Source: a virus (lineage: Duplodnaviria; Heunggongvirae; Uroviricota; Caudoviricetes). From it: DNA of 12,515 nucleotides. This document shows, one piece after another, positions 7,041 through 12,515 of the stretch (position 1 is the stretch's first letter; the number at the start of each line of letters is the position of its first letter). The notes under the pieces were generated by a model that was given only the letters and a program-made list of their open reading frames with translations, did not search any database and was not told the origin of the DNA. The stretch lies in the IMG/VR virus record IMGVR_UViG_2531839620_000015. One strand, 5' to 3'. The translations under genes and the position numbers were made by a program.

Positions 7041-9880
7041 TCAATCTTTATCGTAAAAACTGCCACGCCTGGCACGGGCGCGCCGTTCCATTTCTGCCCT
7101 GACCATTTCGCCGACCAGTTTCGCCAGTTCGCGGGGATTCTGCGTAACAACGTTATGCAGATGAACATGAATTTCACCGCCAAATCCGGAGGCAACAGGC
7201 TCCCGGTTACGGGAAGTTGCAGGAACTGATGCCACTGGCGATCGTATGGCCTCCACCACCGGGCGGGAGCTGGCCGCAACAACAGGGACCAGCGCCGGAG
7301 GCAGCGGAGCCGGGACCACGGGTGTGATATTAATTGCGGGGGCAGGCTTACTGACCTGCGCAATCTTCCGCTCCTGCCACTCCCCACGAACAGCAAGTGC
7401 GCGGGGCAGGTTCTTAAAGACAATATCGCCGGGGCCAATGCGTTTTTTTGTCTCATCAACCAGCTTACCTGTGTTATCAGCAATTTTGCTGAGTCTGCGT
7501 AGCGTGCCGGTATTGCTGTCTGTGAGAGGTTTGTTGTCTTTGGGTTTATCATCTCCGGTGCCATTGCTATTTCCCGCAGACTTCGGCGGATTGATTTTCG
7601 CAATGTCTCCCTGAAACAGAGCAACCTTGTCCTGAAGAATGGCCGCACGTTGTGCGTCTTCGATTTTCTTGCGCGCCCTTTCCGCTTCATCCGGAAGCAC
7701 ACCGAGTTTTTCAAGTATCCACGCCAGCGTATCCAGCAACATTTTTGCAGGCGTCAGAACAAGCTGTAACGCACCACCAAGAACGTTACCGAATACCTCG
7801 CCAGCACTGGTACATTTATCCAGCGTTTCCTTGCTGGACTCCATCGGTGACAGCAGCGATTTAAACCAGTTAAACACCTGGCTGAACCGCTTCCGATTAC
7901 GTCAAAAACAGGGCCAAACCGTTCAAAGGTGTCGCGCAACGGGGTCAGCCTTTCCATAATCCCGCTGAACACCCCGGCAAAGAAAGCCCTGATAGGATCC
8001 CAGTATTTCCAGATAAGAACGGCAGCTCCGGCAAGCGCAGCCACGATAAGACCAACCGGACTGAACAACGCCCCGATAACGCCTCCCAGTAAAGAAACGG
8101 AACCCGTCACCATTCCCCATAGCGCAGGTAACACCCTGACGACATTCATTGACCGGGTAAGAATGTCAAAACCAAGACGCAGGGTGGCCAGCTTCCCGTA
8201 AAGCACCCCAATAACCAGCGACAACGAGCCAATCGTTGCAGTCATTGCCAGCAACGCACCGCCTGCTATCAGTAGCTGGCGCGTCAGTACCGGATGGGCC
8301 TGCGCCAGCGAGGTGATTTTTTCAAGCACCCGCGTGAGCCACTGCGTGACAGAACGCAGCGGACCGTCAACCAGATCACTGATGCGAATACGAAGACCTT
8401 CCCATGCGCTGTCGAGATTTTTCAGGTCCCCATCAAGATTATCAGCCATTACTTTTGCGACGCGATCGGCCTCTCCCCTTGCCCCCTGCAATTCTCTGGT
8501 CAGTTTTTGCAGCTCTCCTGAACCAGCCGCCGCAACAAGCGTCTGCAAACCAACGAACGCCTCTTCTCCGGCGATGTCCTTGAAGAAGGAGACCTGGTCC
8601 ACCTGTCCGTATTTTTGTGTCGCCTTATAGAGATCAAGCAGCACATCCTCCATCGGGCGCATTTTGCCTCTGGCGTCAGCAACTGACACCCCCAGCTCTT
8701 TCAGTGCATCAGCCGCAGCTTTTGGCGGTGATGCAAGGCGGGACAGACTTGCGCGCATGGCCGTGCCAGCATCGCTTCCGCGAAGACCATTATTGGCAAG
8801 CATCCCGGCCATGGCCGCCGCTTCTTCAAGACTGATACCAAGTTTTGCGGCAACCGGACCGGTATACTTCATGGTTTCGCCCAGCGCGCGTAAATCAGTA
8901 TTGGTCCGGGTAAATGCTGCTGTCAGCGTATCGCCCACCCGGTCCATTTGATCGGCTGTCAGGTTGAACTGTGTGAGGATATTGGAGCCTATATCAGCCG
9001 TCTCGCCGAGTTCGACGCCACCTGCCAGCGCCATATTAAGAACACCGGGCAATGCGGCCTGAATGGCCTGCGGAGTAAAACCAGCCATTGCCAGAAAGCT
9101 CTGCCCACTGGCGGCATCACTCGCAGTAAACTGTGTTTCAGCAAGTTTTAACGCCTGCTCACGCAGCGCCTTAAACTGCGGGCTGTTTTTGTCGATTCGC
9201 GTCAGTGCCTGAACGCGGGACATCTCTTTGCCGAACCCGATCGCAGGCTGCAAAAAACGCCCGGCAGCATAGCCGCCCGCCGCTGCCGCACCAATTGCCA
9301 GCGCACCACCTGTTTTCAGTTTTCCCGCGGTTTCCTGCGCGTGCGAATACCGCTCACGCGCCTGCGTTACACGCGCAAGCGCCTGCCGTTCGCGTTCAAG
9401 CTGGTTGTTGTATTGTTCGGTGCGTCTGATGGCCTGCTGAATGGTGTTATCGCTGCCTGTCAGGGAAATGCCGTGGCGTTTCAGCTCTCCGCCAAGTTCC
9501 CTCATTTTCTGAATTTCCCGTGTGCGCGATTCATTCAGGCGTTCAAGCCGGGTGCTTAACTGCTGCATCAGCTTTTGTTGTTTTTCGCTGAGCACTGTAC
9601 CCGTGCGTTGTAACTGATTAAGGGCGTTAAGCTGGCGTCGTGCTTTCACGATGCCAGCATCCGCTTTACTGACAGCGTCGCGGGCGCGCTCAAATGATCG
9701 CGCCTGACGCTCGAGATTTTTGATCGCCCCCTGCGTTCGCTGGATGGAGTCACCAAACTGCCCCATCAGGCGGCGTGCGTTTTCGGCAGGTCGGGTCAGC
9801 CTGTCAACGGCGCTGAAAGCGACCCGGATATCAAGAGTCTTCATTGTCTGCATTCCCGCTGCGAAGTGCCGCCCGCTCAC
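7041..9880 (-). pseudogene. P2-like tail tape measure protein, split into two overlapping reading frames (7754-9880, 708 aa, and 7041-7877, 278 aa) by a frameshift
   Basis: The long ORF is helix-rich with a hydrophobic/Gly-rich segment typical of tape measures, and sits between E/E' and gpU as in P2. Its last ~40 codons (…ARCLTGLNRCCHRWSPARKRW…) look non-protein-like. The other frame opens at 7901 and reads plausibly (FNWFKSLLSPMESSKETLDK…) through to a stop that overlaps the gpU SD. The start is a GTG at 9880 and is uncertain; in-frame ATGs follow at 9853 and 9844. Confidence 0.7.
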
Positions 9881-10360
9881 GCCAGCTAACCACTTCGCCG
9901 GGCGTCATCATGAAGATTTCGGCGGGCGACCAGTTAAAAATAACGGCAATATCTGCCACAAAGTCTTCTATGTGCTCAAAGCACACAACCGTGATCAGGC
10001 TTCCGTCGCCTGTTCGTTCTTCCCGCCAGAGTCCGCACCGCTCAAAAAATTTACGGCAACCACACATAACTGAATAAAGTCACGGGATGCCATTTTTTTG
10101 ATCGTCACTTCATCCAGTCGCGGTGATGTCACGCGTGACAGCAGCGTAAACATGGATTCCGCTTTCAGATTCAGCACATCAGACAGCGACAAATCTCGCA
10201 GAGATCCAGCCTGCTCAATAGCCCCGGTGATCTCCACATACGTGATTTTTTCGCCGCCTCGCTCAATTGGTTGGGTAAGTTTTACACCACGCTCACTGGT
10301 TTCTTTCACAGTGTCAGTAACTACCGTGTTTTCGGTATCGATGTTTTTCGTCTCTTTCAT
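9831..10360 (-). CDS. Tail assembly chaperone E+E' fusion, made by programmed -1 ribosomal frameshift
   Basis: Minus-strand heptamer TTTTTTG (plus coordinates 10043-10049) lies in the E / E' overlap. The -1 frame continues open for about 70 codons (…KFFERCGLWREERTGDGSLITVVCFEHIEDF…) to TGA at 9833-9831, overlapping the tape-measure start, as in P2 E/E'-T. Confidence 0.6.
9995..10360 (-). CDS. Tail assembly chaperone, P2 gpE-like (121 aa)
   Basis: SD AAGGAG 7 nt before ATG 10360. Small acidic protein between the tube gene and the tape measure, with the slippery site in its 3' part, as for P2 E. Confidence 0.65.
   Translation of the reverse strand: MKETKNIDTENTVVTDTVKETSERGVKLTQPIERGGEKITYVEITGAIEQAGSLRDLSLSDVLNLKAESMFTLLSRVTSPRLDEVTIKKMASRDFIQLCVVAVNFLSGADSGGKNEQATEA
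10043..10049 (-). promoter_or_regulatory. Slippery heptamer TTTTTTG for the E/E' -1 frameshift
   Basis: Sequence GTA AAT TTT TTG AGC in the E frame; the T6G run is the classic chaperone slip site of P2-like and other long-tailed phages. Confidence 0.6.
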
Positions 10361-10414
10361 CAGGAAACTCCTTTCAGTCAGAGGCGACGCACTGCGCCGC
10401 CTGCATATTACTTA

Positions 10415-10927
10415 TCAGCCAAGCCCAAGCGCGGAACGGATGCGATCGGGCACAATGTCCTTGCCGTCCTTCCGGTAAATGAAGTTCAGCAGGTCAATCT
10501 CCCACAACGGGCGATCGTTAACACTCAGCTTGTAGTAGGTGTTTTTAATGGCGTAAGTGTGTGATGTGGCTTCGCCCTGTTTGGCTTCCCCCATATCAAT
10601 TTCCGTCACACGTCCGCGCATTTCGACTTCATACAGGTCGCTTTCATCATCGGTGTAGTATTCCCCCGCAAAACGCAGTAGCGTGCCGTCAATCGTGCCG
10701 CCATACTTCAGGAACAGCTCACGAACTGCGCCCCCCATGACAAAGCTCGCATCAAGCGCGGAGTCGTCCAGGCCGAGGTCAATACTTACCGCACCCATCA
10801 TGCCACCACCCCGGTAGCTGTCGGTTTTGCGCGTCAGTTTAGGCAGGGTGACGGACGTCACCTTACCCACTTCGTTTTCACCATCCACAAACAGCGTAAA
10901 AAAGCGAAGATGTTTTGGTACAGCCAT
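10415..10927 (-). CDS. Major tail tube protein (P2 FII-like, 170 aa)
   Basis: Motif VTLPKLTRKTDSYRGGGM and overall length match remembered P2 FII. ATG 10927 overlaps the sheath stop (TGATG). SD GGAGGT upstream. Confidence 0.85.
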   Translation of the reverse strand: MAVPKHLRFFTLFVDGENEVGKVTSVTLPKLTRKTDSYRGGGMMGAVSIDLGLDDSALDASFVMGGAVRELFLKYGGTIDGTLLRFAGEYYTDDESDLYEVEMRGRVTEIDMGEAKQGEATSHTYAIKNTYYKLSVNDRPLWEIDLLNFIYRKDGKDIVPDRIRSALGLG

Positions 10928-12111
10928 CAGGCACCTCCCAGCACCGCAAATGCGGGACCAAAGAATTCATCAGTAAACGACTGGTAAAGCTCCATGTCTT
11001 CCAGCGGAGGAACGGGCGTATATTTGTAGCGAATACGCACACGCCCCTGACGTAAATTCGTGGTGCTGTTATCCTCGATGTCATACCAGCACTCCGCGCC
11101 AATCAGTTTCCCGGCAGTAACCAGTGAATCCAGTTTTGCCCTGATGGCACTGATAACATCCTTCACGTTCGCAGGTGTCAGTGGACTGTCGATGGTTTCA
11201 AACTGCGCTTCCGCAATTGAATCAGCCAGCACCTGTGCGGTTCGGGTATACACCTCAAAGATGTAGGCGTTCGTTTCCGGTGTGCGGTTGCCCCAGAAGC
11301 GGAACCCGTTGCGACGAATAATGGTCGTGATTTCTTTGTTGTTGAGGCTGTTGGCATCACTGTCTTCGGCCTGCAACGACCAGAACACATGCCTCGACAT
11401 CCCAAGCACATTTTTAACCGGAACGTTGGACAGCGATTTGTGCCAGCCCTGCTCATGGTCAATGTACGCACGAAGGCCGCACGCATAAGCAGGCGCGGGG
11501 AACGTTTCGTTTTTGCCACTTTTCAGGTTGTAGGCGATGAAGTCAGGCCATAAGAGCATCACCTCACGTTCGTTGAATTTCTGGCGGTAGGTAATCGCCT
11601 CAGCCATCGTGTTACAACCATGACATGTGGCATACACAAACGCGCGCAGTTTACCCGCAATCACGCACAGGGATTTTGTTACCGCCTCCGTGTCCAGCTC
11701 CGGCGCGGCCAGAATACGCGGACGGTATCCGATGCTTTCATCCTGCTCTGCAACAAGCAGCGCATACATCCCCGTATAGCTGCCGTCAGATTCAGAACCA
11801 CCGATAACCAGTTGATCCTGCGTCTTACCGCCTTCTTCTTTGTGTTCAGCCACGCGAACGACGATCACTTTTGTGCTCACCTGGTCTGCGATAGCCTTAA
11901 GCGCACGATAAAGCGTCCCCGTAGTCCCGCATTTTCCCAGCACGTCATTGACGCGGGTCAGCAGTGTGGGCTTGTTCAGCGGGAACAGCTCCGCGTCCGC
12001 ATCATCTGCCGTTGCCACGATACCGATAACACTGGAATCAACATCATTAATCGCTGTTACCAGGTCGGTACTTTCCGTAACACGGGCACCATGAAAACGA
12101 GTTTCACTCAT
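10927..12111 (-). CDS. Contractile tail sheath protein (P2 FI-like, 394 aa)
   Basis: Motifs GFRFWGNRT, YTRTAQV and YTPVPPLE and the length match remembered P2 FI. SD AAGGGG 8 nt before ATG 12111. Confidence 0.9.
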   Translation of the reverse strand: MSETRFHGARVTESTDLVTAINDVDSSVIGIVATADDADAELFPLNKPTLLTRVNDVLGKCGTTGTLYRALKAIADQVSTKVIVVRVAEHKEEGGKTQDQLVIGGSESDGSYTGMYALLVAEQDESIGYRPRILAAPELDTEAVTKSLCVIAGKLRAFVYATCHGCNTMAEAITYRQKFNEREVMLLWPDFIAYNLKSGKNETFPAPAYACGLRAYIDHEQGWHKSLSNVPVKNVLGMSRHVFWSLQAEDSDANSLNNKEITTIIRRNGFRFWGNRTPETNAYIFEVYTRTAQVLADSIAEAQFETIDSPLTPANVKDVISAIRAKLDSLVTAGKLIGAECWYDIEDNSTTNLRQGRVRIRYKYTPVPPLEDMELYQSFTDEFFGPAFAVLGGA

Positions 12112-12268
12112 AGCTTCAGCCCCTTGTATCCGTTAAATGATTCGGCAACAATCATCACCCACCACGCGCGTAATCTCACCCCTGCGCCGTTCTCCCGCCA
12201 CGGCGACAACAAAAAGCAGTAACCCCCTCCGCACGCACATGCGACCATGCCGCACAGGGAGGGAACAG

Positions 12269-12321
12269 ATGACCGACACCACCATGCAATTGCTCAGTCA
12301 GGGCACAGACCACGTGAAAGT
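12269..12321 (+). other. 5' fragment (17 codons, MTDTTMQLLSQGTDHVK) of an ORF with a strong RBS, apparently cut by the IS insertion
   Basis: SD GGGAGGG 6 nt upstream of ATG 12269. The reading frame runs directly into the IS terminal sequence at 12322. Too short to assign a function. Confidence 0.3.
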
Positions 12322-12515
12322 TGAACCGCCCCGGAAATCCTGGAGACTAAACTCCCTGAGAAAGAGGTAAACAGGATGACTAAAAATACTCGTTTTTCCC
12401 CCGAAGTCCGTCAGCGGGCGATTCGTATGGTTCTGGAAAGTCAGGATGAATATGACTCACAGTGGGCGGCAATTTGTTCCATTGCCCCAAAGATTGGCTG
12501 TACGCCGGAGACTCT
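12322..12515 (+). mobile_element. IS3-family insertion sequence, left end (continues off-window)
   Basis: The terminal sequence begins TGAACCGCC… (IS3-family ends start with TG), about 54 bp before the orfA ATG. The OrfA N-terminus resembles IS629/IS1203-type elements from memory. Confidence 0.75.
12376..12515 (+). CDS. IS3-family transposase OrfA (helix-turn-helix N-terminal part), 3' end off-window
   Basis: Translation [46 protein letters not shown] closely resembles the OrfA of IS629-like elements as I remember it. SD GAGG upstream. Confidence 0.8.
   Translation, partial: MTKNTRFSPEVRQRAIRMVLESQDEYDSQWAAICSIAPKIGCTPET

Noticed and set aside
7025-7714. 229-aa minus-strand ORF overlapping the tape-measure C-terminal region
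   Set aside because: A third frame of the same region. Extremely Arg-rich and low-complexity, while the 7041-7877 frame reads as real protein and ends exactly at the gpU RBS.
7041-7877. The 278-aa ORF as an independent gene between the tape measure and gpU
   Set aside because: No such gene exists in the P2 T-U arrangement. It has no start codon with an RBS (the ORF-finder start is an internal GTG) and it is contiguous with the decaying end of the tape-measure frame, so it is better explained as the frameshifted C-terminal part of the tape measure.
11620-12222. 200-aa plus-strand ORF antisense to the sheath gene
   Set aside because: Lies opposite the highly confident sheath CDS. Arg/Cys/His-rich, with no RBS.
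12112-12268. P2 Ogr-dependent late promoter (TGT-N12-ACA dyad) upstream of the sheath gene
   Set aside because: No TGT-N12-ACA motif found in the roughly 150 bp upstream of the sheath start, so no late promoter is annotated.

Overview
This 12.5 kb window is a junction between two unrelated prophage tail modules in an enterobacterial (E. coli-like) genome, with no complete multi-gene defence or novel system visible. Plus strand, 1-5767: a lambda-like host-range module, J (3' part) - lom - stf - tfa, with rho-independent terminators on both sides of lom. 5811-6383, minus strand: an AT-rich hexapeptide-repeat acetyltransferase with its own promoter and terminator, the only non-structural cargo. 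Minus strand, 6540-12111: a P2-like contractile-tail module, in transcription order sheath (FI-like), tube (FII-like), chaperones E and E+E' with a conserved TTTTTTG slippery site, a frameshift-disrupted tape measure, and gpU. The gene D that normally follows U is absent. From 12322 to the window end lies the left end of an IS3-family element (OrfA N-terminus), inserted upstream of the sheath gene at the position of the P2 Z/fun accessory hotspot, where it appears to cut a plus-strand ORF after 17 codons. No rRNA, tRNA or CRISPR array was seen. All protein identities rest on reading the translated ORFs against remembered family sequences and on gene order; no database search was run.
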